Assembly (NCBI GenBank): GCA_963974735.1
Contig: CAXBEL010000001.1
Coordinates: 1 to 61,235, forward strand
Length of the DNA stretch: 61,235 bases
Reading direction: 5' to 3'
DNA from: an uncultured Flavobacteriaceae bacterium
Lineage (GTDB): Bacteria > Bacteroidota > Bacteroidia > Flavobacteriales > Flavobacteriaceae
A model generated the notes under the pieces. It was given only the letters and a program-made list of their open reading frames with translations. It was not told where the DNA came from and ran no database searches. Of this stretch, positions 1-10,824 are shown piece by piece (the stretch's first letter is position 1; each line of letters opens with the position of its first letter). The position numbers were made by a program, and so were the translations under genes.

Positions 1-2
1 CA

Positions 3-1313
3 AAAATTAATGATACAGTTATAGGGTTTGCAGAAACAAAAGATGCTGAAGAATTTGTAAATGAATATTCTGATCAACGTTTTGTAGATCGTTATTTCTT
101 TAAAAACGAATTGCCGGCTGCTGCTAGGGATAGCATTTTTGCTCTTGAAGTAGGAGAAGTTTATGGTCCTTATAAAGACAATGGTTTTTATAAAATTTCA
201 AAGAATATTGCAGTTAAACAATTGCCAGATTCGGTTAAAGCTTCTCATATATTAGTTACTTATGCAGGCTTACAAAATGCAGGTGCAGAAACCAGAAGCA
301 AAGCAGATGCAAAAAAGTTGGCAGATAGTTTATTAACTGTTATAAAAGCTAACCCTAATAAACTTGCTGAATTAGCTCCAGAATATTCTGCAGACCAAGG
401 TAGTGCTGCTAAAGGTGGGGAATTGGGTTATGCTACTAAAAATACTTTTGTTAAACCATTTAATGACTTCGTATTTGAGGGTAAAACTGGTGATATAGGA
501 GTAGTTGAGTCTAACTTCGGTTTTCATATCATTAAAATTGATGAGCAGAAAAATCCGCAGCGTGCTGTAAAAATTGCTACAGTAGCTAAAGAGATTGAGC
601 CTTCTCAAAAAACAATAAATGATGTATTTACTACGACTACCAAGTTTGAAATGTCTGTTAGTGATAACAAGGAGAAATTTGCAGAGATCGCTAAAGACAG
701 TAACTATGTTGTGCGCCCTGTAAATAATATTAAAATTTTAGACGAAAATATACCAGGACAAGGAAGTCAACGTGAGATTGTACGTTGGGCTTTTGAAGAA
801 GATACTAAAACTGGGGATATTCAGCGTTTTCAAGTTGAAGGTGGTTACTTAATTGTACAACTTACTAAGAAGAACAAAGAAGGATTAATGACGGTAGAAA
901 ACGCTTCTGCCCGTGTTACTCCTATTGTACGTAACGAGAAAAAAGCTGAAATTATAAAAGGTAAAATTAGCGGTACTGATCTTAGTGCGATTGCTTCAAG
1001 TGAGAATGTAAGCGTTCAAAGTGCAGCAGCTTTAAATTTAAAAAATCCTACTATTTCTGGTGCGGGAACAGAGCCTAAAGTTGTAGGAACAATTTTCTCA
1101 TTAGAAGAAGGCGCGGTTTCAGAACCTATATCTGGTAATAATGGAGTTTATGTTGTGAAGGTGACTAAAATCACCAAAGCAGATGAAATGGAGAATTATG
1201 CAAGTTTTGCACTTCAACGTACAAACTCAAACCGGGCAATGGTAAATACTCAAGTTGTACAGACACTTAAAGATGCCGCAGATATAGAAGATAGAAGAGC
1301 CTATTTCTATTAA
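3..1313 (+). CDS. ppiD: Parvulin-type peptidyl-prolyl isomerase (PpiD/SurA-like), 5' truncated by the window edge
   Basis: Frame is open from position 3, so the TTG at 111 is internal; rotamase motifs VKASHILV, SADQGSAAKGGELG, VESNFGFHIIK. Confidence 0.85.
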   Translation, partial: KINDTVIGFAETKDAEEFVNEYSDQRFVDRYFFKNELPAAARDSIFALEVGEVYGPYKDNGFYKISKNIAVKQLPDSVKASHILVTYAGLQNAGAETRSKADAKKLADSLLTVIKANPNKLAELAPEYSADQGSAAKGGELGYATKNTFVKPFNDFVFEGKTGDIGVVESNFGFHIIKIDEQKNPQRAVKIATVAKEIEPSQKTINDVFTTTTKFEMSVSDNKEKFAEIAKDSNYVVRPVNNIKILDENIPGQGSQREIVRWAFEEDTKTGDIQRFQVEGGYLIVQLTKKNKEGLMTVENASARVTPIVRNEKKAEIIKGKISGTDLSAIASSENVSVQSAAALNLKNPTISGAGTEPKVVGTIFSLEEGAVSEPISGNNGVYVVKVTKITKADEMENYASFALQRTNSNRAMVNTQVVQTLKDAADIEDRRAYFY

Positions 1314-1336
1314 AAAGAAAATATTAAGATTTATTG

Positions 1337-1376
1337 AAAAAACCACTTTTTTAGGCAACTGAAAAAGTGGTTTTTT
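1337..1376. terminator. Bidirectional intrinsic terminator between convergent ppiD and GHMP kinase genes
   Basis: AAAAAACCACTTTTT...GAAAAAGTGGTTTTTT inverted repeat with A/T tails on both sides. Confidence 0.8.
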
Positions 1377-2301
1377 AGTTTAATACCATTTCTGAAAACG
1401 GCACTATTGTAGAAAATCCTTTTTCCCTAAAGTAATCCATATCCTCTACAGAACCGGTAGCAAGAATAAAATCACCACCCCAACCGCCAAGGCTCTTTAC
1501 ACTACCGCTATAGTCTGAAAATAAACGGGATTTTATAGTTGGGGTTTTTAGAATTGACGATAACAATGTTTCATGAGTGTCCAGAAGCATATTAAATCCA
1601 TTTAAAGAATTGGAATTAAGAATAGATTCCGTAAGACCAGAAATCTTTTTAACAGCTTCTACAATGTTATTTTGAGGTTGCTCCCTATAATGCTTTATGG
1701 AATCCCTACTATTCTGTTTTCTATTTAAGTGTATAAAGAAAAGCTTATCGAGAAAAGGCTTATTAAAAGATGTGAGTAAAACTTGAGGCTTTCTATCTAC
1801 TAGTTGATAGAGTAAGGGGTTGTCATTCTGCGCGCAGGCAATGTCATATCCACTACCGCCAAAGGTGTTTTCTAAAAGTTTATAAGCATCAATTTCTGCC
1901 CATTTTGCCACATTGGCAATGAGAGTAGAAGAGGAGCCCAAGCCCCAGTTCTGTACAAAATCTAACTTAGTTCTCACAAAAATACTAGGTTCTTCTTTTA
2001 AAAATTCTGGATTGAGTTTTTTTGCCTCTGCCAAAATTTGAAGTAGTCTGTCTTGTACTGATGGAGTAGCTGTATTTTTTAAGCTGAAATTCTCTAATTG
2101 AGAATAAGACAAATTTGTTTTAAACCAGCAGTCGTCTTTATGATCGATGCTATCCCAAAGTATCCCAGATTCTTGTGAAGGTTCAATAGAAAGCGATTGA
2201 CCTTTTTGGGTGGGTAATGCAAGGGCAAGAGCCCCATCTAAAACTAGATACTCTGCTGTGATTAAAAGCTTGCCATGACTATAAAAGTTTTGTGATATCA
2301 T
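1375..2301 (-). CDS. GHMP kinase, GYDIA family (probable mevalonate-pathway kinase)
   Basis: HGKLLITAEYLVLDGA N-terminus, WGLGSSS ATP loop, GSGYDIA, KSLGGWGGDF; overlaps the HMG-CoA reductase stop by 4 nt. Confidence 0.85.
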   Translation of the reverse strand: MISQNFYSHGKLLITAEYLVLDGALALALPTQKGQSLSIEPSQESGILWDSIDHKDDCWFKTNLSYSQLENFSLKNTATPSVQDRLLQILAEAKKLNPEFLKEEPSIFVRTKLDFVQNWGLGSSSTLIANVAKWAEIDAYKLLENTFGGSGYDIACAQNDNPLLYQLVDRKPQVLLTSFNKPFLDKLFFIHLNRKQNSRDSIKHYREQPQNNIVEAVKKISGLTESILNSNSLNGFNMLLDTHETLLSSILKTPTIKSRLFSDYSGSVKSLGGWGGDFILATGSVEDMDYFREKGFSTIVPFSEMVLN

Positions 2302-3614
2302 TTTCTCAACGCTTCTATAAAATTTTCTACGGCGTGATGCGTGACTGTATTCGATTTAAAATATTCGACAGCTCCGTGCTTTTCAACTGTTGAAGCTTCA
2401 AGTTGATTTAGGATATTCATTAAGTGCATTTTCATATGTCCCTTTTGAATACCCGTTGTTGTAAGTGACTTTAGGGCTGCAAAATTCTGAGCGAGTCCCG
2501 CCACCGCAACAATCTGCATCAATTCTTTTGCGGTAGGATTGCCCAGCATTTCCATATTTAGTTTGACTAAGGGGTGCAACTTTGTAAGTCCGCCCACAGT
2601 TCCCAATGCAAGGGGGAGCTCAATAGAAAAAGTGAACTGGCCATTTTTCACTTCAGCTTGTGTGAGACTGCTGTAATTTCCTGTTCTAGCAGCATAAGCG
2701 TGAACACCTGCTTCAACAGCTCTAAAATCGTTTCCTGTAGCTAATACAACAGCATCTACGCCATTCATAACCCCTTTATTGTGGGTAACCGCTCGATGTG
2801 GTTCTATTTGGGCTATTTTTACAGCTTGCACAAATTTGTTTGCAAATATTTCTGAGTCTATATCCTTGCCATTGCCCAATTCTTTTACCGGGCAGCTTAC
2901 AGAAGCTCTAACTATACAGTCGGGAATATAGTTAGATAAAATACTCATAATCACAACTAGATCACCTTGTATATTATTTGAATTTTTATAGGTGTGAAAC
3001 TCACGTTGTAGAGTTTCTGAAAATTTTTCAAGACAGCTGTTAATGAAATTGGCTCCCATCGCATCAAGAGTGTCAAACGTACAAAACAGTTGATAGTAGT
3101 TTGGGAGTGATTGAGTTTTATCTTTTAGAACAATATCCAGAAGTCCACCACCGCGTTTTTCCATATTTTCAGTGAGCGGTTTTACTTCTGAAATGAGTTT
3201 TGATTTTATTCCGTTAAAAAATCTTTGAAGCTCCTCTGTGTCTCCTGAAAAAGTAAAATGAACCTGCCCAATTTTGGTAGTGCTAATAACTTCCGCTTTA
3301 AAACCTCCGCGATCCATCCAATATTTAGCAGCATTACTGGCTGCTGCAACGACAGAGCTTTCTTCGATAACCATTGGTATCACATAAGGCTTTCCATTAA
3401 TTATGAAGTTAGGTGCGATTCCCAGTGGTAAATAAAAATTACTAACTGTATTCTCTATAAACTCGTCATGCAGTTGCTGAAGCTTGCTGTTATCATTCCA
3501 ATATTGTGTTAGAATATGATGTGCATTTTTGTTTTCTTTTAGGTAATTTTCTGTCAGCCAATCAATTTTTTCAGCTTTACTCAATCGGGAAAATCCCTTT
3601 ATAGTCTGGGTCAT
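2298..3614 (-). CDS. mvaA: Hydroxymethylglutaryl-CoA reductase, class II
   Basis: EESSVVAA, DAMGAN, HNKGVMNG, TGNDFRA, GIQKGHMKMH; ATG 3614 preferred over TTG 3629 (TATCTTTG promoter element at 3638-3645). Confidence 0.92.
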   Translation of the reverse strand: MTQTIKGFSRLSKAEKIDWLTENYLKENKNAHHILTQYWNDNSKLQQLHDEFIENTVSNFYLPLGIAPNFIINGKPYVIPMVIEESSVVAAASNAAKYWMDRGGFKAEVISTTKIGQVHFTFSGDTEELQRFFNGIKSKLISEVKPLTENMEKRGGGLLDIVLKDKTQSLPNYYQLFCTFDTLDAMGANFINSCLEKFSETLQREFHTYKNSNNIQGDLVVIMSILSNYIPDCIVRASVSCPVKELGNGKDIDSEIFANKFVQAVKIAQIEPHRAVTHNKGVMNGVDAVVLATGNDFRAVEAGVHAYAARTGNYSSLTQAEVKNGQFTFSIELPLALGTVGGLTKLHPLVKLNMEMLGNPTAKELMQIVAVAGLAQNFAALKSLTTTGIQKGHMKMHLMNILNQLEASTVEKHGAVEYFKSNTVTHHAVENFIEALRK

Positions 3615-3845
3615 AGTTTTAAACAGCAATTAAGTTTCAAAGATACTATTTTTCAAAAGCTATTAATAATTGCCCGTTTGAGAGAGATTCTCACAGGAAT
3701 GAGCAAAATACTTTTTTAACATTACTGATTCTGAAACAGAAACAGCTATTTTGCTTGTTGAGTTATGTATTTAACAGCGATCCACCTTCTTTTTTGCTTA
3801 ATTTTTAGTAAACTTGGCGATCTATTTTTAAGAAGTTCAGAATTT

Positions 3846-6017
3846 ATGAATTGGAAACAAAACTGTGTCATCATTTTCTTCTTGATGACTCTTGGGGCAG
3901 TCGCCCAACAAAAATCAATTACGCTTGAGGAAATTTGGAATGGCTCTTTTAGGATGGAATATCTTGACCGCCTGCATTCTATGCAAAACGGGACAGAATA
4001 TTCTGTTCTCAATACAGACCGTCAAGCTGGGTCTCGTACTATAGATGTCTATAGTTATGAAACCGGCGAAAAGGTAAGGACATTAGTAAATTCAACAGAG
4101 CTTGAAGGCCTTGAGAATTTTGTGAGTTACGATTTTAGTCCAGATGAAAGCAAAGTAATGCTTGGGGCTAACATCAGATTAATTTACCGTCGCTCCTCAT
4201 TAGGTAACTATTATGTTTATGACCTGGCGAGTAAAAAGCTTACTAAAGTCGCAGATGAGCCCATTCAAGAGCCAACTTTTTCGCCAGATGCTACTAAGGT
4301 TGCTTACGGTCTGGATAATAATATCTATATAAAAGATCTTGAATCAGGAAAAACCACCGAAGTTACGACCGGTGGCGAAAAAAATAAAATCATCAACGGT
4401 ATAACAGATTGGGTCTATGAAGAGGAATTTGCATTTGTAAGGGCTTTTGACTGGAATGCCGATGGGGATAAACTGGCTTATATTCGTTTTGATGAAACTG
4501 ACGTTCCAGAATTCTCAATGGATGTTTATGGTAAGGATTTATACCAAAAACAGGATGTTTTTAAATATCCTAAAGCTGGGGAGGCAAATGCAAAAGTCAG
4601 CCTTCATATATATGATGTCGCTATCGAAAAAATGAATGATGTTGACTTAACTGATTTTGAAAATTATTACATTCCGCGATTGGAGTGGACTAATGATCCG
4701 GATATTCTTTCAGTACAGACCACTAATAGAAAACAAAATGATGTAAACCTCATTTTTGTTAATGCAGAAACAAATACTGCAAAACGCGTGCTTCAAGATA
4801 CCGATGATGCATATGTGGATGTAACGGATAATCTTACTTTTCTTGAAGACAATAGCTTTATCTGGACCAGTGAAAAGGACGGTTGGAATCATATTTACCA
4901 CTATGATAAAAACGGAAAATTAGAAAATCAGGTAACTAAAGGGGAGTGGGAAGTTACTTCCTATTATGGCTATGATAAAAAAACCGATCGCGTCTTTTAT
5001 CAAAGTTCAGAAAATGGATCTATAAATCGGGGCGTTTACTCTATTAAACTTAACGGAAAAAAGAAACAGGAACTTTCTACAGAGAAAGGAACGAATGATG
5101 CAGATTTCAGTGCAGATTTCACGTATTACATTCATAATTTTTCTGATGCTTCAACACCTTACATATTTACTTTAAACAGTGCTAAAGACGGAAAGCTGAT
5201 AAGAAAAATCAAAGATAACAGTGCGCTCAAATCGAAATTTGAAGGTTATACAATTTCAGAAAAAGAATTCTTTACGATTCCCGTAAATGGTGTAGAACTT
5301 AATGCCTGGATGTTGAAACCTAAGAACTTTGATGCTTCAAAAAAATATCCTGTTTTTATGACACAATATTCTGGACCGGGCTCACAAAGTGTAGCGAACA
5401 GCTGGGGCGGCACTAATGATTACTGGTTTCAAATGTTAGCGCAGGATGATTATATTATTGTTTGTGTAGATCCCAGAGGTACTGGTTTAAAAGGTCGCGA
5501 CTTTAAAAAGGTCACCCAAAATCAATTGGGTAAATATGAAGTTGAAGATCAGATTGCTGCCGCTCAAAAACTTGGAGAGCGGGAGTATATTGATGCAGAT
5601 CGTATAGGTATTTGGGGATGGAGTTATGGCGGTTTTATGTCTTCAAATTGTTTGTTTCAAGGAGCAGATACTTTTGACATGGCTATTGCCGTAGCACCGG
5701 TAGGAAGCTGGAGATTTTATGATACTATTTATACAGAGCGTTATATGACCACGCCGCAAGAAAACCCTGCTGGTTATGATGATAATTCTCCTATAAGTCA
5801 CGTAGATAAATTAGAAGGAGAGTATTTATTAGTACACGGTAGTGCAGATGACAACGTGCATGTGCAAAATACAATGCAGTTGATTGAGGCTTTAGTACAA
5901 GCCAATAAACAATTTGATTGGGCCATTTATCCCGATAAAAATCACGGAATTTATGGTGGCAATACAAGATTACATTTGTATACCAAAATGACCAATTTTA
6001 TTAAAGAGAATTTATAA
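3846..6017 (+). CDS. Dipeptidyl peptidase IV (S9 family), exported
   Basis: Signal peptide from ATG 3846; DWVYEEE, GWSYGG nucleophile, DDNVH and NHGI triad motifs. Confidence 0.92.
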   Translation: MNWKQNCVIIFFLMTLGAVAQQKSITLEEIWNGSFRMEYLDRLHSMQNGTEYSVLNTDRQAGSRTIDVYSYETGEKVRTLVNSTELEGLENFVSYDFSPDESKVMLGANIRLIYRRSSLGNYYVYDLASKKLTKVADEPIQEPTFSPDATKVAYGLDNNIYIKDLESGKTTEVTTGGEKNKIINGITDWVYEEEFAFVRAFDWNADGDKLAYIRFDETDVPEFSMDVYGKDLYQKQDVFKYPKAGEANAKVSLHIYDVAIEKMNDVDLTDFENYYIPRLEWTNDPDILSVQTTNRKQNDVNLIFVNAETNTAKRVLQDTDDAYVDVTDNLTFLEDNSFIWTSEKDGWNHIYHYDKNGKLENQVTKGEWEVTSYYGYDKKTDRVFYQSSENGSINRGVYSIKLNGKKKQELSTEKGTNDADFSADFTYYIHNFSDASTPYIFTLNSAKDGKLIRKIKDNSALKSKFEGYTISEKEFFTIPVNGVELNAWMLKPKNFDASKKYPVFMTQYSGPGSQSVANSWGGTNDYWFQMLAQDDYIIVCVDPRGTGLKGRDFKKVTQNQLGKYEVEDQIAAAQKLGEREYIDADRIGIWGWSYGGFMSSNCLFQGADTFDMAIAVAPVGSWRFYDTIYTERYMTTPQENPAGYDDNSPISHVDKLEGEYLLVHGSADDNVHVQNTMQLIEALVQANKQFDWAIYPDKNHGIYGGNTRLHLYTKMTNFIKENL

Positions 6018-6030
6018 ACCCTAGCAATAT

Positions 6031-7617
6031 ATGGAATTTAAATACGGCGGTTCAGCTACAAATCAAAGAACGGTATTAGGACATCCTGCCGGACTTTTTG
6101 TATTATTCTTTACAGAAATGTGGGAGCGTTTCTCCTATTATGGGATGCGCGCACTTCTTGTGCTTTTCTTAGTAACTTCTATTATAGATGAAGGATGGGG
6201 CTGGGAACGTGCTGATGCGCTTACCTTATATGGTATTTATACAGGTCTAGTCTATGTAACACCTATATTAGGTGGACTTATTGCAGATAAGATAATGGGA
6301 TATCGAAGAGCCATTGTTCTTGGAGCTTTCTTAATGACATTGGGTCATGCTGCTATGGCATTAGAAATCTTTATGGATCCTTTCTTTTATGTAGGACTTG
6401 GTTTGTTAATTATAGGTAATGGGTTGTTTAAGCCGAATATTTCTTCAATTGTAGGACAATTATACAAGAGTCAGGGAAAGGAAAAGGATGCTGGATACAC
6501 TATATTTTATATGGGTATTAATGCAGGAGCGTTTTTGGGTATTTTGCTGTGTGGTTATATAGGAGAGCAAGTAGGATGGCATTATGGTTTTGGACTTGCA
6601 GGGGTGTTTATGTTTTTTGGAATGCTGCAGTTTTATTTTGCTCAAAATATTTTTGGCAAAATAGGACTTTCCCCAAGTCAATATGACGAATTTGAAGACG
6701 ATGAGGCGAGCCCTGTTGATAGGGAAGAGCAAATAGAAGAGGTTGTTGAAGATGCTGAAAAAAGCGTAGTAACAAGAGATCGTTTAATAGTGATAGGAGT
6801 ATTAGCCTTCTTTACTATTTTCTTTTGGTGGGCATTTGAGCAAGCAGGAGGTTCAATGACAATTTTTGCTGCAGATTATACAGATCGTGTTCTGGAAGGA
6901 AATGGAGCAATGACATTTAAAATATTCAATACCTTACTCACAGTCATACCTATGTTGATTATTACTTGGGTATTGGCAATGTTATTTAAGCAGACATTTT
7001 CTAAATTCAGTCTAGCGAATATCATGTTAGGAACGAGCTTTGTAATAATCTGGGGAATTGTAATCTGGATGTTAGGACGTCAATTTGCAGACGATGCTCC
7101 TGAAGTTCCGGCATCGTGGTTCGGGATTTTAAATTCATTTTTTATAATTGCCTTCGCGCCTCTATTTTCTAAAATATGGCAGAGTAAACTGAATCCTTCT
7201 GGACCAGTGAAATTTGCTATAGGTCTTATTTTACTGGGATTAGGATTCGCAATTCTTGCTTTTGGATCAATGGGAATTCCGCAAGGAGCAAAAACAGCAT
7301 CTGTTAGTATGATCTTTTTGGTTATAGCTTATCTATTTCACACACTTGGGGAACTTTGTGTTTCGCCGGTAGGTTTATCCTATGTAAGTAAGCTTGCCCC
7401 GATTAAACTTGTTGGTTTAATGTTTGGGGTTTGGTTTGTAGCTAACTTTATCGCTAATCTTTTAGCAGGGGTTACAGGTAGTTATATTGATCCTATTGTA
7501 GAGGAATATGGTATGACAACCTTTTTCTTAATATTTACGATAGTTCCAATAGCAGCTGGAGTAGTTATGCTGCTTTTAAGTAAGACATTAATCCGTATGA
7601 TGCATGGCATTCGATAA
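6031..7617 (+). CDS. Proton-dependent oligopeptide transporter (POT/PTR, MFS)
   Basis: EMWERFSYYGMR, GNGLFKPNIS, FYMGINAG, GELCVSPVGLS; many TM helices; follows the peptidase. Confidence 0.92.
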   Translation: MEFKYGGSATNQRTVLGHPAGLFVLFFTEMWERFSYYGMRALLVLFLVTSIIDEGWGWERADALTLYGIYTGLVYVTPILGGLIADKIMGYRRAIVLGAFLMTLGHAAMALEIFMDPFFYVGLGLLIIGNGLFKPNISSIVGQLYKSQGKEKDAGYTIFYMGINAGAFLGILLCGYIGEQVGWHYGFGLAGVFMFFGMLQFYFAQNIFGKIGLSPSQYDEFEDDEASPVDREEQIEEVVEDAEKSVVTRDRLIVIGVLAFFTIFFWWAFEQAGGSMTIFAADYTDRVLEGNGAMTFKIFNTLLTVIPMLIITWVLAMLFKQTFSKFSLANIMLGTSFVIIWGIVIWMLGRQFADDAPEVPASWFGILNSFFIIAFAPLFSKIWQSKLNPSGPVKFAIGLILLGLGFAILAFGSMGIPQGAKTASVSMIFLVIAYLFHTLGELCVSPVGLSYVSKLAPIKLVGLMFGVWFVANFIANLLAGVTGSYIDPIVEEYGMTTFFLIFTIVPIAAGVVMLLLSKTLIRMMHGIR

Positions 7618-7634
7618 GGCTTAAATATAAATTT

Positions 7635-7670
7635 AAAAGGCATTCCTTATTTTGGAATGCCTTTTGTTTT
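7635..7670 (+). terminator. Intrinsic terminator after the DPP-IV/POT operon
   Basis: AAAAGGCATTCC-loop-GGAATGCCTTTT followed by GTTTTT. Confidence 0.75.
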
Positions 7671-7690
7671 TAAAAATAAAAAGACCCCCG

Positions 7691-8230
7691 ATGAAAAAAA
7701 TTGCACTGTTTCTTCTCCTCCTTAGCTTGAGCTCAAACGCTCAAGACAAAATTAAATGGTTGAGTTTTGAAGAAGCTCTGGAAGCACAAAAAGAAAAACC
7801 GAAAAAGATTTTTATGGATGCTTATACAGACTGGTGTGGGCCTTGTAAATTATTAGATAAAAATACATTTGGTAATAAGTATGTTGCAGATTATATAAAT
7901 GAGAATTTTTATCCTGTAAAATTTAATGCGGAAGGTGACGAGTCTATATCCTATAAAGATTTTACTTATACAAACCCCAATTATGATTCCAATAGAAAGG
8001 GGAGGAATGGAGTGCATGTATTGGCTCAAGCTTTAAGAATTGATGCCTATCCCAGTATGGTGTTTTTTGATGAAACAGGAAATCTTATTCAGCCTATAAA
8101 AGGATATTTAACTCCTACTCAGCTTGAGATTTATTTGAAGTTAATAAGTTCTGACGATTATAAGAAAATTGTTTCCAAGGAGATTTGGGAGGATTATCAA
8201 ACCAATTTTGTAGGAACCTTTCAAGATTAA
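7691..8230 (+). CDS. Exported thioredoxin-fold protein
   Basis: Signal peptide MKKIALFLLLL from ATG 7691; WCGPCK motif. Confidence 0.85.
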   Translation: MKKIALFLLLLSLSSNAQDKIKWLSFEEALEAQKEKPKKIFMDAYTDWCGPCKLLDKNTFGNKYVADYINENFYPVKFNAEGDESISYKDFTYTNPNYDSNRKGRNGVHVLAQALRIDAYPSMVFFDETGNLIQPIKGYLTPTQLEIYLKLISSDDYKKIVSKEIWEDYQTNFVGTFQD

Positions 8231-8236
8231 AAGAAA

Positions 8237-10273
8237 TCACTCGATTTTAAAATATCCCTTTTCATATGTACTGTGAAAAGGGATTTCTTTTTTGTTACAG
8301 GTCTCCTTCCAGCGCATAACATAGCTTTTATAATTACTTCCGTCTGCTATAACTGTAGTTTTGGGAAAGATATTTATTAATCTATCCAGATTAACTTTAG
8401 GAGACTCTATAAGGAGGATAAAATCTGGTTTTAACTCTGGGATATTATAAATGCCTATGCTGTCAAGTATTAGAATGTTCTTCTTATTAAACTCAATATA
8501 ATTGGTTAGAACATTATTTTTAATTTCTTCAATATTTACTGATTCTAATAGATTGGTAATGCGACTATCTTTTAAGGGTTTAAATAGAGTGTCCCTTTGA
8601 AGAATATTCAGATTAGTTTTATGCTTTTGGGCGATAAGACTACTTCTATTTTTATGAAAGATCCAAAGTATATTTGACGAATTTTCTCTTTTTTTCCATA
8701 TGAGGACACTGGATAAAATGAGCGTTCCTAAGAGAAGTGATACTAATCTGCTATAGCTATATCTTTTTAGCACAAGAGAGATGGTCATAATTAAAAGATA
8801 GGTCACTAGCATCAGAGAAAAAGAGAAGTATATATTTTTAAAAATCAGATTGTCAAAGCTTGCCACCGTGCTGATAAAATTGTTTAGTATCGAAATTATA
8901 ATTCCATAAATATCTGCTACTATAGTAGGTAGTATACCTATTACCGCAAGTAAAATCAGTAGAAGTCCAAAACCCAAAATAATTCCTAAGAAAGGTATGA
9001 CGACCAAATTTGATATTAGAAACAATCCTGGAAATTGATGAAAATAATACAAGCTGAGCGGAAGAACCCCCAACTGCGCTATCAAAGAAACTGTAAATAC
9101 TCCCCAAAGTAATTTTAGTATATAATGTTTTGGCTCCCATAATTTAAATAAAGAAGGTTGTAGCCAAATGATAAAAAATACAGCCAAGTAGCTCAGTTGA
9201 AATCCGACTTCGTAGATCAACCCTGGATCAAAAATCAGCAATACAAAAGCTGAAAAAATCAGTGCATTATAACCACCGTTTTTATGATTGAATGCTAAAC
9301 CAACTTGAATGAAGCTGAACATTGTTGCAGCTCGCAGAATAGATGGGGACAAACCTGCAATTAAAGCAAATAACCATATGGCGCCTATTACAATTAATGT
9401 GCGTAGAATTCTTATTCTTTTAGTGTTGCCAAGAGGTTTTAAAAGCAATTGAATTATGAACATAAATATTCCCACGTGCAATCCCGAAACGGCTAGAATA
9501 TGTATCATTCCGGCGGCAGCATAATTATCATTAAGTTCTTTAGAAATTTCCTGTTTTTGTCCTAATAACAGCGCGTTCATAACTGCCCATTCATCCTTTG
9601 AAAAGTCATAAGGTTTCAGTTTGTTCTGTATAAACCTTCTGATGTTTGCAGCCAATCCCAGTACAGTTTTTGTATCGCCATCCAGGAGAAGCAGTTCTGA
9701 TCTTTCAGAATAAATTTGATTAAACACACCTTGCCTTTTTAAGTATTTTGAATAATTAAATTGATACGGATTTTTAGGCGCGGCAATTTCTGAAAGGTTG
9801 GTTTTTATATAATATGTGTCATCTACTTTTAGCTTTGGAGAGCGTAATATTGAATCTTTAGCAACATTTAATAAAACCTTACCGCTGGCGGGCCTATCAT
9901 TTAATTGCATTACATCGGCAACATACTTTTCCGCATAAAGAGTTGGTTTAAGAATTTCACGAATATTTATAAGAATTTCATTTTCTTGAGAGGTATTGAT
10001 AAGGTGGTTATAGTGATGAGTTTTCTCTCTTGGATCGTGCAATTTCACATTTAATATTCCAATTAGTATAAATGATAAAATGACGATAAAAGTGAAAGCA
10101 AAAGTTTTCTTTCGCTTTATTTGAAAGAAAAAATGAATTGCCGCCAACGTTAACAAGCAGATAGCAAATATTGCAATAAGGATGGAGATCGAAAAATTAA
10201 TCAGAGGTTCGACTAAAATGCCTAAAATGAGACTTAGGGTTAGAATAAGAATAGTGTAATTAAGTCCCTTCAT
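8237..10273 (-). CDS. comEC: ComEC/Rec2 family competence membrane protein
   Basis: HILAVSGLHVG, SPSILRAATM, GFQLSYLAV motifs; multi-TM. Confidence 0.88.
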   Translation of the reverse strand: MKGLNYTILILTLSLILGILVEPLINFSISILIAIFAICLLTLAAIHFFFQIKRKKTFAFTFIVILSFILIGILNVKLHDPREKTHHYNHLINTSQENEILINIREILKPTLYAEKYVADVMQLNDRPASGKVLLNVAKDSILRSPKLKVDDTYYIKTNLSEIAAPKNPYQFNYSKYLKRQGVFNQIYSERSELLLLDGDTKTVLGLAANIRRFIQNKLKPYDFSKDEWAVMNALLLGQKQEISKELNDNYAAAGMIHILAVSGLHVGIFMFIIQLLLKPLGNTKRIRILRTLIVIGAIWLFALIAGLSPSILRAATMFSFIQVGLAFNHKNGGYNALIFSAFVLLIFDPGLIYEVGFQLSYLAVFFIIWLQPSLFKLWEPKHYILKLLWGVFTVSLIAQLGVLPLSLYYFHQFPGLFLISNLVVIPFLGIILGFGLLLILLAVIGILPTIVADIYGIIISILNNFISTVASFDNLIFKNIYFSFSLMLVTYLLIMTISLVLKRYSYSRLVSLLLGTLILSSVLIWKKRENSSNILWIFHKNRSSLIAQKHKTNLNILQRDTLFKPLKDSRITNLLESVNIEEIKNNVLTNYIEFNKKNILILDSIGIYNIPELKPDFILLIESPKVNLDRLINIFPKTTVIADGSNYKSYVMRWKETCNKKEIPFHSTYEKGYFKIE

Positions 10274-10320
10274 TGTATTGAAAACCTTGAATTTATCAAA
10301 GCTGGAATAAAATCAGATAG

Positions 10321-10821
10321 TTAAATAATTCTTCGTGCTTCGGTGTAGGCATTATTCCAATATCCTTCGTTCAGAGAGGAGACAATAACGCCTCTTGAAG
10401 AAGTAGAATGAACAAAAAGTATTTGGCCAGGAATAATATCTACTACTAATCCCACATGATTTATTCTGCCACTTCCGTTAGTTTTAAAAAAGAGCAGATC
10501 GCCTACTTTAACATCCTTTGTTTTTACGCTTTTACCTTCCTTTGCCATATCCCGACTTACACGGGGCAACGCAATATTTTCTTCTTGAAAAGCTATATAA
10601 ACCAGACCGCTACAGTCCATTCCTCTTTTTGTCGTGCCACCAAATTTATATCTTGTACCTTGGTAACCTAAGGCGTGATTTACCACGTCATAAAGTTTTT
10701 TATCCACAGTAGGAGAATAATTTTTTTCTCGTGCATTTGTATAATTTGTTTTGCTGGATTTAGAAGAACCGCACGCTAAAAGGGAGAAGCAGGTTAATAG
10801 AAGTAAAACAAATTTATACAT
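10321..10821 (-). CDS. NlpC/P60 (C40) peptidoglycan endopeptidase lipoprotein
   Basis: Lipobox LLAC; GMDCSGLV, HVG and FVHS motifs. Confidence 0.9.
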   Translation of the reverse strand: MYKFVLLLLTCFSLLACGSSKSSKTNYTNAREKNYSPTVDKKLYDVVNHALGYQGTRYKFGGTTKRGMDCSGLVYIAFQEENIALPRVSRDMAKEGKSVKTKDVKVGDLLFFKTNGSGRINHVGLVVDIIPGQILFVHSTSSRGVIVSSLNEGYWNNAYTEARRII

Positions 10822-10824
10822 ATT

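Noticed and set aside
3765-3845. Longer N-termini given by the ORF track (DPP-IV 3765, thioredoxin 7652, prc 12898, LVIVD 39270, TolC 57026)
   Set aside because: Downstream ATGs give proper signal peptides, and several of the extensions overlap promoters, terminators or the upstream gene
8237-10273. comEC as evidence of a competence island
   Set aside because: A solitary comEC is widespread, and no other DNA-uptake genes are adjacent
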